A stretch of 64,000 nt of DNA from Heptranchias perlo (lineage: Eukaryota), in NCBI RefSeq assembly GCF_035084215.1, contig NC_090326.1, forward strand, positions 67,828,001-67,892,000, read 5' to 3'. Positions within the stretch are counted from its first letter, which is position 1; each line of letters starts with the position of its first letter. Position numbers and translations under genes: made by a program. Shown one piece after another: positions 50,963 through 64,000 of the stretch. The notes beneath the pieces were generated by a model that saw nothing but the letters and a program-made list of their open reading frames with translations, was not told the DNA's origin and made no database searches.

Positions 50963-53900
50963 TTCTTGTGCAAACACGCTGAATATGATTAGAGATACCT
51001 CCGCAGCACGACAGGCGGGACGAGCCAATCAAATGGCACAGCTGGACATAAGCCCCTCCTCCACGGAGGGCTACGTCACTAGAACTGCAATAAGGTCACC
51101 ATATGTATTCGGTAAACTGCAAATTCGTCTAAATGCATCTTTATTTACTCAGTTTTACTTTATTAGAATTCAAATAAAAGAAAAGCTGGACTCCAATATG
51201 TAATGCGGTATCGCCACAAGTTTCAGTAATACATAAAGTGCATTACTGTTTCATGGTAGCAATCATTTAATATTTTAAAGTGTTCACACTTGAAGTTGAC
51301 AAAAAGGCAAAGTTTTAGTCCTGTTATTATGCACTTTTCATCGCGCGCTAAGACTCGCTGGCAGGTACACGCGAGAAAACATAAGTAATCTTGACTTTCA
51401 CGAGTCTGACTGCGATCCCCCAGCCGGCTGCTGCTGCAGTTTCACAGTGATCACTGAAATTCTGATCCACACTGGGGCTTTTCTGATTGTTACTTCTATT
51501 ACTATTCTGTGACGCGTGCTGTACAACAATCACTTCTAAACATGCAGCCGCTAGATTGCATTTCTAGTTTGATGTTTGTAGTCCAGAGTTTAGTAATTTA
51601 ATGCAATGGGCTGCAGTTCTATAGGTTAAGTGTAGAAGGTCAGTGACAACAAACTAATAACGCAACATAAGCTATTTATTTCTTTCTCCTATTTTTCCAG
51701 CATTGGATAGTAGAAGTTGATTCAGTCATTATCATTTCTGATATTTCATACTTACCATTTCAAGATTTCGAAAGCATTTGCTTCCAAATGTTTAACCATG
51801 TGCTGCTCGGCTGCGTGGGCTAGACAGCATTTACCACATCTATAAAATCGACCTAATCATTTCGTCTTAAAAATAGAAAACAAGGCTGTTAAACAGAATT
51901 TACAAGCGTCTCAACTGCAAACCGGTCAAGTTTAAAACAAGGCGCGGAATAGAAGTTTCGTCCAGAGTTTCTCACTCCACCCAATCCAAAGGTAACTTTT
52001 AAAAATGAAGTCAGACATAAACTGCAACTATTCTGTCTCGGTTCTAGGAGGAGAGCGGGAGCTTCGGTTTGTGAACTTATCTTTCGGACTGAGGTGGCAT
52101 TCAAGAACAATTATAGACGAAATAAAGCTATTATCCTTAATAATTTTGTCGGTAGAAATGAAGTGATACAACTATTAAGAAGTCCTCTCCCTCCCCTCAA
52201 AATCACCCTTTTGGCGTAAGGAAACTTGTGCGTTTAGTAGTGTGTGAGCGCGGTGTTTACCATCGAACTGTTGATATTGTGGGATATCTGTACAATGTGA
52301 CATGTATCAATGCGGCTTCGAATAGGAGACGGTGCTGTGCGTAAGTCATGTTCTGTGCATTTTGTTCGGCCACCTCTGTAATCAAGTGCAGCGAGCAATG
52401 ACGCTCGCAAATGTAGTCTTTAGATTGGGATCGGGAGTAAACAATGTGATTTCACAGTGACAAAGGATTTAATCTTCAGTCTCTGGCATTGCTGCGTTTT
52501 ACAACGAGTCAATTTTAGGCCGTACAAGAATTGTGACCCGCACCCCCCCCCCCCCCCCCGCCACCTCTACACTATTATTCCAATTTTTGTTATTTTAACT
52601 TTTGGCGCTGGATTAAAGCTCAGAAAATATTGCTAATCTAAAGCAGGTTATTTAAAATATCGTTTGTGTTAAAGTCAGCGGGATATGAAGGCCGGCTTTA
52701 CACGCATCGTGTTTGCTAAGGGGCCGTCTCAGAGGATTCCTTATTCTAGCTTGTTTTCTAACACAAACGACTGCTTTAAATTACCACGGTCGTCCAGAAA
52801 ACCTATAAAAACTTAAATGTGCTTTATCAAAAAAAAATTGAAAATTTTCCCTTTTGCAGTCCCACTGTGCCCATGACACGTATGATCATGGGAACAGACA
52901 AAGATTTAATGGTGGGGAAATAACAATTGCCATCTATACCGGAGTCTCATATATAAAGGTTCAAGCTACTGTACACCAATGTTAACTAGCAGCGCGTGTA
53001 TGTGTTGAAGGCAGGATATTTATCTGGTTCTCTTGGTAAAGATTTCATTGCTTAATAAATTGATACCATATTTGGATAATTTTATTGGTGTATTTTGGGA
53101 AAGCTTTAAACGTTTATAACCCAGATTCCCAGTAAAACTATAATGTGTATAGTGCCTTGGTTTCGAAGGACACTGCAGTCCTTTCTCAACTTTATGGATG
53201 GGAATGGGTGAGGGCCGTGTGGTTCCTGTGTACACTTTTTAAAAAAAATACACTGGGAAGTCATTGAAGCACAAAGGGAAAAAAAGTTTATTTCCTAGTT
53301 ACTAAGGCAGTCGTAACTGTTAATTACGACACTGTTAACAGTTAAGAAATATGATTAACTCTACCGAGAAGGAGATTGGGGCAGATGAAATGGCTTTATC
53401 GTGTATATTAGTAACATAACTAGAAAAAATAATAAGCATGAGAAAGAGCTACAGAAATCGCCTAAATCCGTATGAGTTATACAACACTTTTTGTGACGTT
53501 TTACGTGTTCCGATTGACATAAGAAAGAATAACGAAGACCGCCAAGCTGTATCGATCGTGGGTATTGCAAGTTTTCTCCATTTCTCCATCAACGCGCCAG
53601 CAATAAACAAACGTCTTGAAACATTGCATCAAATGAGGTAAAGGATACGTTGTCCAGTCAGTGGTAAAATAGTGAACATTGAAAGCAGTGGAGCGAGTGG
53701 TGGTTCTCTAGTAAATACGTGATTTCAAAGCCTGAGCAGAGCAGGCTGACCGCACTCATACCCCGGACTCGTCTTAGCCTAGATCGTGAACTTAAGACTG
53801 GAAGCCAGACAGAGTGAATCAGAATGAGTTTTCCTAAATACAAGATCCGAAGGGAAGACCCATATATCCACCACTTGCCGCACTGAGTGAGATTACTTGT

Positions 53901-56900
53901 AATTATTTACTTCTAATTTGCATTAACAAAATCTATGCAACACTTTATAAAGTCTTAAAAGACGCCTCACCGTTCAAGTGTACCGGCCATTGTATGTGCG
54001 CAGTGAATTCTTTTCAGTCTACCAACTAGAGCAAATATTTGCCATTCGCGAATTCTGGCTTAACATATATCGTATTTTTTAAAAAAATAAATAATTCTCT
54101 GTGATTCGCTAAGATTTAAGTTGCTGGAGAGGTCGAAGAGAGATAATTGCTTTGTACCTCAGAGATAAATCTGAAAACAATGGCGCCTTTTAACTGCCCG
54201 TGTATTAAACGGTTTTATAGGCAGGCATCTTGAGACCCCTGTACAGTTTGCCCATCAGAATGTGTTTAGAAATAGATGTTTTTCTTTAAAATACACTTTA
54301 AGTAAACGTATAAGTTATATGGATTAGAAAACACTGAAGACTGACACCCCCGAGGCATTAAAGTGCTTCGCTTCTTTACACTTGATGTTTAAAACATAGA
54401 ATACATTGAACCAGAATCACTATTCTGAAATTTCAAAAAAATCACCCGAGGAGGACATTATACAGACTCTGCACCTAAAACACAAACTAAAGGAAATAGT
54501 CCGCACTAAAAAAATTAGAAATAAAGAAATCAGGAAAATGACCTTGTTGACTATTGTTATTCACTAAAAGCTGACTTTCACTAAGTCTACAATTCTAACA
54601 AACTTGGTTAATTTTCGCCACAGCATTCTATTGCAGGAAAAGCGACAAATATTTTGGAATAGCTTATTGTTCATGGTAGAAAATGGTATTAAACCAGATA
54701 GAGCCAAAAAACGCAGATTAACAATCTTTTACACACGCATTTCAATGCAAAAGGGGAATAGAGACAGAAAACCAAAGAAACCCACTACTGTCGTTATACA
54801 GCAAATATGAATAAAATGTAGAGTAACAACAGAAATGGGCACATTACTGTTTAACGTATTGGATTAATAATATTAATACCAGTAAATTAAAAACTTGTCT
54901 GCTTAGATAGACTTCAGTGAAGATGTCTCAAGTAATATAGAAATATAATTCATTTGTTTTATTTTTAACCTTATTTCAGTTCAGCTATTTTACTTTCTTC
55001 AGAATTATGTGCCAGGAAGCCCTCTAATAAATGAAAATATGAAATACCGAATGGATTATATAATTTGAAATGAATTAACCAACTTTGAACATGGACAATG
55101 AATAACATTTTACAAGGTAAAGGTTCTAACTGTGAAATTGAAGGTTTATGTTCGTAGTGAAAATTATAATCGTTTACACATCATTTTATGTCTCAGCAAT
55201 AGTTTTTGTTAATCAAGGTTGTTATTTTTTTAAAATTCTAGCAATTATTTTTTAAAATAATATTCCGAGAAAAATAGGGTGGAGTGCTGTGTAGTTGAAG
55301 TTTTAAATCTATTATCTAGTCTGAATAGTTGGATTGCTTCCTGTGTAGTATTGTGGATGACACGGTGCTACCGTTTTTTAAAAACGAAAAGTCTTATTAT
55401 AATTCTGACGTTAGTTTCCCTTCAGAGATTACATGTGAAAATTCTAATTATACAGAAACGGCACATACAAAACACAAGCACATAAACACAGAAATGAACC
55501 GACGCACTCATATATACACTTCCATGTCGCTTTACAATTGAAGAGTTTTTGATTGGATTTTGTTGAAACGCGGAGACGGGTTTCACTTATTTGAAAACGT
55601 AAATTTATGTTAATTTTTATATTTTACAATCAGACGCCCGAATTCTGATTTTACTTAGCATGGTTCTAAGTAAATGAGTACACAGATTTGTTTTTGCCGC
55701 TGACAGAAGTGCTCATTGGCTTTATTCCAAAAAAAGGGCGGCAATTCAGTCGCTTAGGCCACGGTGAAGGTGACGCAGCGGGGGTCAGGTCACAAACTAA
55801 AAAGAATGTCCATGTTACGCACCACGTCAAAAATAAAGTCTTGGTGTAAAATATACAATTACAACAAATTTCTCACATTAGCCTCCTGTATAGAACAACG
55901 CTCACTGGAACGCTATCATTCAATAGTTTGATACCTCCAAACAAAGAAGGATTTGTGGTTTTACATATCGGAATGTCAAATGGCTTAGAGCAAAATGCAG
56001 TGTAACTTCTTCGAATATGAAGTGTGTACATGGCATTTCTATTTAATGCACAGCTTCAGCGTTCCAGAATAAAGTAAACGTTAACTTTCGCTAATACACT
56101 GCCCCTTTCAAACAAAGAACCTACTGTAACCCGTACTATCATATTTTGCAATTTACTGTTGCATAAACAAAATTGTCTTTTAGTAAAATATTTTTAACGT
56201 ACATTATCTTGCTTGTGGGATATGAGTTGAATAGCTACACAGCGGAAGTTTGCATGCCGAACATTGTGCGTTGGGAGCGAACTGTAAAATACATGGAATG
56301 GTTGAAAAATGCAGCTAGTTGCACAGAATGAACAATTGTTACAATACGTTTTGTCTGAAATAGCGAAAAAAGAAATTATCTAATCCTAAAAAAAAATCGA
56401 TGAACGTGCAATTAAACTTCGGAATGTCTAGACGGTTCTATTTTCCGAACAGTTAAATTAAAGCTCACAGCGGCAGGTCGGGGCTAATGTTTGTTCTTTA
56501 GTTCCCCTTACTGTTTCTTACTCATCCCTCACTGTTCCAACGTGTGTTGGCAATCTCACGTGGAAATTCTTCACTATTCCAACAGTTTATTTGGGGATTT
56601 ATCCAGTTATATATTAACCAAATCCTCAACTATTTAATCGAAGGTTTAATATTTGCATAGATTTTAAAAGCTGCCGTTTTAGTAATTACAAATTATGATA
56701 CGCTTTTTTGGAACACCAAATCTCATATGCTTAACAAGGCAAAGAACGATTGCTGAAAATGTCTCTTTTTAATTATATAGCCTTTAACAAATTGACTACC
56801 ACTGACTTTTTTGTGTCTACTATGGCAGTAAACACGAAGGTAATAACTGCCCGCAGAAACTGAGCCTTATTTTTTTGTTGTTTTTAATGGGTTCTGATAA

Positions 56901-59112
56901 TTAAAATCATTTAGTTCTGCAATATCCGAATATACTTTCTAAAGCAACAAAAAAATCTGAATTAATCACTGGTATGCTGTTGTGCAAGTGCTAATCCTAG
57001 ACCCAGAGGGCGCTGTGCCCTAAAGTTGCCTAAGCTTTTAACTCATATGCATTAAATATTGAAGTTGTACTGATTCTTGATAGGAATGTACTTCTTGGCA
57101 TGTGTCAGACAATAGGTAACACTTTATTAAGATAACAAGCACGTAATAATTGGAAGTGTTATTTTTGTACTATCGTCTAAAATAAAGGAATACACTGAGA
57201 GAAAAAAGTTACAAATTAGGTCAATAACATTATTCAGGTATGGAAACGAAGTAACTTGCAATTTAACCAAACCAAACGATTGGATTAAAACCAGACGGTA
57301 ATTCATGTATAACATGTTTTACCAAACCCTTTACTATATAAGCGCTGTCACGTAAACTTAGACATATATATACGCACGCATACGGTGAACATAAATACAT
57401 AATACACGAATTTCCTTCCGAATCCATATACCACAAGATTTTAACGCAGTAATAGTTGTCGCAAACAGTTTGTATATGCAATATTTAGCCAAGCTGATTA
57501 TTATAGGGATTCATTAACGAAAACAGTGTTATACAAGACAAATTTGATCTCTGTTTCCCCGCAGGTACAACTTAAGATCAGCAAGTATCGTGTTCAGATG
57601 AAATTTACTTAAAAATGCCACAGAAATCGTGAGATTAATTTTAGTTAATAAATTCGGAATTGAAATGAAGTTGCATTCAATGTTAAAGTCTTTTGCTTAC
57701 AGTTGCTTTACTGGTGACTATTTGTATATTTAATGCCTTTGTTAATTCGCTGTCTATATAAAAAATCACAAAATGTTTAGTCGATGGCAAAATTATGTGG
57801 ACGAATGTCCATATAAATCTGTAAATATAAATCGCATTCATTAACCGTTTAAAATTGTGTTGTGCGGGAAATGGAAATAAATTGATTGCACTATCTTTTG
57901 AAATTAAAAAGCATAACATTACAAAAAAGCACAATGTTTCTTGAAATGTTAATGTTATATATTCATTGAAGGGAAACAACACTGCCCAGTTCTGGTTTTT
58001 CAGTATAAGGCAGGTAAATGACAAAACTGTCAAATTAGCAAATCAAGACAAGTTACACGATTCGGTTGCAGTTTTAACTTTCAATCAATATTTAAGAAAC
58101 GGATAAAACCGTGGGAATGAATTATTTCGAGTAAATAAACCGTTGGCTATGTTTAAAGCAGAAAAAATCCTTTCCTTTGTTTAAATGGGAAACACACAAG
58201 AGAAGACAGTACACAAGTTATAGAAAAGTGCTGTATCTTGAACATAAAATCCAAGATCAGCGGTTGAGCATATTTGAACTTTCTATGAGATTTTGAATAG
58301 TATATAGAGTCAATTAACGGTTAGAATTATAAAAAATGTCCCGGCTATTAAGAAACAAATCAGGTTTAACACTGCAGATCAAATTATAAGAAAATAATTG
58401 TTGGTGTTTTATGATAGTATTATGTTGATACTTTATAAAAGAGCAATTATACAACAGAAAGAAAAAAAAAGAATCAAAAGACAACGAAAAGCCTTAATTC
58501 CAGAATTAAGCCTTTCCTTCCTAACCAGCAAATCTGACAGTATACATTTTATAATGTTACTATTGTAAAATGCTTTATCGTAAGTGCTATTTAAACAGCA
58601 AGTTTACAGTATTGTCTATCCTATTTTCAAAATTCAATTAAAGTCTGCTGTGCTTGAAATGACAACCGTGCACTTCCCCTTTCCCAGAGATTCTCCGGAC
58701 GAAATAAAAGCAATTTAAAAAGGAACTTTCAGCCCTCCCTTCTTTAATTCTTACCTTAACTGTAACATAAAATCTGGAATTTTTCGTTGATAATGGTGTA
58801 GTAACGTGTGGCAAGCGGGTTGAAGAATCTTTAAACTATTATATAGGTTTTGGTCGAATGAACCGTCCATGTCGTATCTGCATGGAGCCTGATCACCTAC
58901 CTTTTGTTAGCTAAAACTGTTATTTTGGAGTTCTTTTGGGAGATTCCAAACGTATTGGATTTAATTTATGTCTCCAGGTTCTGAAGCAATCAATTTGGCT
59001 TTAAGAAACGAACATATTTCTTTTGGAACTCGTGCTTTGAAATAGCGATGGACAAAGTATTTTCCTTATAGGTTTTTGCCGCTCGACAGCGGCTTTGACA
59101 TTGATCTAAATG

Positions 59113-59126
59113 GCGCCACCGTGTGG
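59113..59126 (-). promoter_or_regulatory. Candidate CTCF site between HoxA10 and HoxA11
   Basis: Minus strand CCACACGGTGGCGC, same orientation as the 18858 and 36178 sites. Confidence 0.5.
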
Positions 59127-61868
59127 ACTGAACGTCCCATTGAAAGAATTAATTGTCATTGTGGTCGCACAAAAACCTTAAACGAACGCTCCCAAGATAC
59201 CTAGAATGTGAGAAGAGCTAAAATCGAATTCTTTGATTACGTTCCCCACATTTGGAATTCTAAATCTATTGCGGTAATCTTGGAAATATGCAGATAGCTA
59301 CATCAAAACAGGCTTTATGACTTGTCCTGCTGTTAGTAACCACAGCAACAGAGACGATCCCTTGTCATTTGCCTTGAATGCCACAGCCCCTTAATCTGGT
59401 ACAACGCTGGTCTCAACTCCCTCTTCCGTAAAACTAAAAGCTACACTCAGATATTTAATCACAGCTAGTTCAATTCATTATTAAAACAACCTCGCACGCA
59501 ACATTAAACTTCTATGATACTAGATAATAACTCGCTAGGATCTCTGCCAGCCCTCTTGATCAATCTCTTAGAATTTGTATCGGGCTCCCGTCACCTCCGG
59601 CGGGAGTCTAACCAGTATATGGAAGCTTCAGGGCTGATTATCCCTTCACCCCCAAGGTTAGAGGTGACGTCCATGGCGCAACAGAAGTTCAAAGCCAGGA
59701 AAGAAGCAGGAAAACAGAATGCAAACCGGCATTAAAAATATTGTAATACAAGTGAAAGGTATTGCAATCACTTGTAAAGTAGGTCCCTAAAAATCCAGTC
59801 AAACGTAGTGGAATGATTGTCAATCGGTGACCTCGGATTCATAATATTATCTAAATTACAGAGTTCATTTTTTTTTTACAAAATAAACTAAGTTTATACT
59901 AATGCGATTTTGTCTATGTGAGCAACGCGGCAAGTTGTGTGGCATGACTTTCAATTGTGTCATGAGAAAGCTAGCTGCAGCTGCATTGTCCAAAATTTGA
60001 TTTGAATTTCCAGGTTTCCAGAAAATAAACCAAACGAAAACATACCAATATATGTAGAATGACGTGGAATGTTATCCAGCTTTAATGATTGTTTATTACG
60101 TACATGAAACGCACAATAATACAGTACTTTGCCGGTGTTTTAATTTTCGTCTTGAATACCCGACAAAGTTCAAGAAGCCTACATTGATCGTCCTCAAGAA
60201 AAGCACCTTTAGTTACTTTCTCCACCTTGAATTCCATTGTGCGCTCTCTGAACGCGTACATGCAAATCTTACACCCTTTTGGTCAGGCCGATAAATATAA
60301 ATTATATACAAATGTTAAGCAAATGTTGATATCACATTTTAATTAAACAGCATTTGATTAAGACTTGCTCTTAAAGAATTTGTATTTCTTTTCAAAATCT
60401 AAATGCTTAACGTAAAAAAAACACCACATTCTGTGGTGCATATTCCAGCCTTTTAATAAATTTCAGTGTTTTGCAAATTAAACAAGAAATACCAAAAAAG
60501 GTAACGGCGAATCGTCCACCACTGTCATCTGTCGTTTTATGAGAAAGAACAAGCAAATCGTCTACTTTAATGATGGTAATGATACAGACCACAACAAAAC
60601 GTTTAAATTAAATTGGTATAATTAACAAAACTGTTTTCAAAGGCTGGCATATGTTATCAGGTAACGTGTAGGCAATATTTGTACAATACGGCCTATAGGT
60701 ATATCGGCCTATAAAAAGCTTATACGGTGAATGTACAGGAAATGTTACCATTGTGCAATAAAACACGTATGTGTTTAATGAAAATAATTTTCTGTCTTTG
60801 GTTCACACGGATAAAGATGGCTTCAATATTGTAAGTACTGCAGATTTGTCATCTTTTGGAGTAATCCGTGAAAATAATGGATGCATGAGCAGCAGTTTTT
60901 CAACCCTATTCATATTTAAACTGTCAATACACATTCATATTGTACCAAAAGAGCGATATATTTACAACACTTTGTGCTCAAGTATGCCATCACGGGTAGC
61001 ATCTCTTCCCTTTGAAAAGTTAAAAGTAAAAACTGCATTTGCAAATTACAACGCACAATGTGTCAAGTACAAATAAACACCCACGGATTGCTTTAGCAAG
61101 CGGAAAATCGCCTGTTTTCAAAAATCTTATTATTCCAAGCTTTGTTTTAAACGGTAAAGTGTTTATATATAGAACCCCACAACTAAAAAGGTACAGAATT
61201 TTAAATTTTAAACAGAATTTAATTACACTTGCTTATTTTTGTGGCGAATATGAATTTGACACAAAAACGCCTTCGATTCCCTTTCGGAGCCGCCTTTTGC
61301 TATGAATTCTAGATTGGGTATTTACATGCATGGTCTCCGTTTGGGGGGAAACTGTTGATTGTTATTCATAGAAAAAAAAACGTAGATTTATTGTAGAGAT
61401 GTAGGTTTTAATCTGTCTTTCACGTAGACAAGTTTCAGTACTTTAAGAAGCGATGAGCAGGCATTGTTTAGAGAATTGTCGCGCTAATATCCTTCCTTAC
61501 GGAAGGTTCAGTTACAAAAGAAAGAGGCTGGTTGCTACTCATTGTAACTGAAGATAAAAAATATATATCCAATAGTTGTGATTGGCAGTGAGAGCCACTG
61601 AAAGCTTCCTAATCTAAAGCATGCGCACATTTTATTATTTTATTTTTAAAAATATTTTTATATTGCAGCTGGTCCACAACAGTCAACTCTTTCTCCTAGG
61701 GCTCCAATGCACAGGTCCGTATTCGGATAGAAGCTGCATTCTTCTTCGATATTTTTTAAAAATCTGTTTCGCTGAACTAAATCCAAGCATTCACCTTGGC
61801 ATCTCCACGTTAATCTCTAGAGATACCCTTTGTACAAAGCATACAGACAACACAAGTGAGAATATAAT

Positions 61869-61887
61869 TGTGTGTGTGTGTGTGTGT
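61869..61887. repeat. (TG)n microsatellite in the HoxA11 3'UTR
   Basis: About 9 TG units. Confidence 0.7.
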
Positions 61888-62106
61888 ATGAAATCAACGA
61901 TGAGCATTAATTCCAGTTTTTAAAGTTGAAACTAGACGTCCCAATTAGTTTTGCAAAGTTGTCCGGCCCGTCAGAGCTGTACTAAAGTGTTTGCTCCCAA
62001 ACTCGAACTTGAGTTTTTCTTTACCTCTGCATTCTGCCCTGGCCGTATTCTTCGTAGAAGGAGAAGTTAGGAAGGAGAAATGCCTCTTTGTAATCTCAGT
62101 CTAATC

Positions 62107-62339
62107 TCAGAGCAATGGATTCGTAGTGTAATATTGAAGGCGGTCCCTGTTTAACTTCTTTTCCTTCATCCTCCTGTTCTGAAACCAAATTTTAACTTGC
62201 CGGTCGGTTAAGTTGAGCATCCGGGAAAGTTGCAGCCGCTTCTCTTTGTTAATATAGACACTGAAAAAAAATTCTCTCTCCAGCTCCCTGATCTGGTACT
62301 TGGTGTAGGGGCACCTCTTTTTGCGTGTACGCTGGCCAC
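62107..62339 (-). CDS. HOXA11: Homeobox protein Hox-A11, exon 2 (homeodomain)
   Basis: Acceptor GTTACAG ends at 62340; translated by hand as (S)[76 protein letters not shown]. Confidence 0.96.
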
Positions 62340-63440
62340 CTGTAACAGGTAAACAGTGCGTTAAAACTTTGATAGTTGTAAATGAGGGAAACCATCATCT
62401 TTCCGTGCGTTTACATATGCTTTGCTGTGAACAGATTCACAGGAAAAACTCTCCATGGCTCTTGATTTCCACACACCGATCTCTTTCAGCAGTGCCCGAA
62501 GTACAGAATTGATCGCTAAAGCATAAACGCGTTTTCTTTAATATTTTGAATGGTCCTTGGGACAAAAGATGGCTGCCTCGATCTGCACTGATTCTAATGG
62601 TTGTGGAATTCTCAAGTTGAAGCTGTAGTACTCCCATTCCAACGATATACTTGAAAAATACAAACGAGCTTCCCGCAACAGGGACTAGCTACAATCTTTA
62701 GAGGAGAAGTTTTGTTTGAAAGGTGAACCGTTCCAATATCAGTGCATTAAAGACAGAAAATGGATGAAATGAAAATTGCTCAGATGTACAAAGTTTTATT
62801 TTATCTGAGGTGTTAAAACTAAAAGGGGTTGGGGAATGGTACATTTGAGCTATAATTTTAAAAGACGCTGGGAAGCACGAATTAGTTTCCTTATTGGAGG
62901 GGGCTTTATTGTATAGTTATTCGGTGTTGTAAAACTCGACATGGTGCAGCCTTCAGAACTAATATTGCAGCTTTAAGACTGCGCCGATCGGACGTCCAGC
63001 TATAAAATGTGATTATTAAATAAAATACGTCCACCCGGACCTGAAATAAGTTTTTATGATGGAAAGCTCCACGCTAAAGGTATTGCAGTATTTATGTAGC
63101 TGTTAAAATGTAATTTTACCATATTATGTTTTAAAGCGGTTCCTTATGGAACTGAATACAACCTATAAATAGAGTTTTTGTGTCAACACGTGTGTTTTAT
63201 AGAATTGCTGAGCTGTATTAATACACGCAAAGATCACAAGCAGCCAAAAGCAATTTTTTCGTGAATTTACACCTAATAATTTAAATGATCAGATTTTTAA
63301 CCCTAATCTCACTTTTTGAGGTGCTAGTGGAAGTATTTTAATGCAGCGATTGGTTGGAGTTATTTCACGGCCAATTTCAGAGCTGAACACGTGATCTTGT
63401 CATTTGTATATAAAAAAAGTTTTGTTGGGAAATCTACAGG

Positions 63441-63492
63441 CCATCCATAAACCCCCTTATATGCTTATAAAACAGCACATAAAAATTTTAAC
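63441..63492. promoter_or_regulatory. Posterior-Hox/Cdx site cluster in the HoxA11 intron
   Basis: CCATAAA, TTATAAAA and CATAAAAA within 50 bp near the donor; an E-box CACGTG is at ~63388. Confidence 0.55.
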
Positions 63493-63548
63493 AGCAGCGC
63501 GCGAGATCGCAAAACTTTCTCTCACAAGTGGGCACTGATTCTACCTAC

Positions 63549-64000
63549 TGGAGTTGCTGCCTTTTTCCTCATTGTTGCCGGAAGAAGACTCCGGGCTGCT
63601 GCTCCCGGGGCTCGTCTCTTTCTCCACGGACACCCTCGAAGTCTCCGAACTTGAAGTTGCCGCAGACGGCACTTTATCTGGGCTCTTTTCCCCGCAATAC
63701 TCCGACTGCTGATTCTCACTGGAACCGTAGGCAGTCTCGAAGAACTGATCAAACCCTTGCGGCAGGACACCGTTCCTACCCACTGGGTTGTAGAAGCTGG
63801 AAGACGCGTTGGAGCTGGGGTGGTAAACGCTGGCGCTATTTTTCATTAACATCTCGCCCATGGTGCTGGCAGGCAGACATTCTCTGTGCATCAGCTCCTC
63901 TGCGGAATAGCAATGGGGCAGATTGCCCCTGTGATGCCACTTATTGGAAGGATCGATGGCATAGTCTCTGAAGGTAACTTCTCGCACAGGTTGAACCTGG
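63549..64000 (-). CDS. HOXA11: Homeobox protein Hox-A11, exon 1 (5' part outside window)
   Basis: [22 protein letters not shown] and [19 protein letters not shown] motifs; donor A|GTAGGT (GT at 63548); the frame is open to the window edge. Confidence 0.96.

Overview
Eukaryotic (vertebrate) genomic DNA: the central part of a HoxA cluster, with all genes on the minus strand. The window holds HoxA4, HoxA5, HoxA6, HoxA7, HoxA9, HoxA10 (two coding exons each, all with phase-1 GT-AG introns I could place exactly) and HoxA11 (exon 2 plus exon 1 cut by the window edge). There is no intact HoxA8. A miR-196 hairpin lies between HoxA10 and HoxA9. The compact proteins, near absence of transposons and one shark-type repeat fragment suggest a cartilaginous fish (inference). 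Recognisable regulatory elements include the 5' and 3' DR5 RAREs of HoxA4, a perfect DR2 in the HoxA10 intron, HB-1-type intronic homeodomain clusters, candidate CTCF sites and E-box/CCAAT promoters. The most interesting observations are post-transcriptional or evolutionary: (1) a duplicated double miR-196-site cassette flanking a degenerate minisatellite in the HoxA7 3'UTR; (2) an in-frame stop that turns the HoxA10 N-terminal extension into an MSA* uORF; (3) a HoxA9 leader without the mammalian uORF, no AG at the HoxA9T acceptor position, and a new upstream acceptor that would fuse HoxA10 exon 1 in frame to full-length HoxA9; (4) a possible decayed HoxA8 homeobox; (5) divergent promoter/short-exon modules, one with a 60-codon smORF. 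No prokaryotic-type system such as CRISPR is present. Comparisons with mammalian sequences are from recall and need to be checked by alignment.
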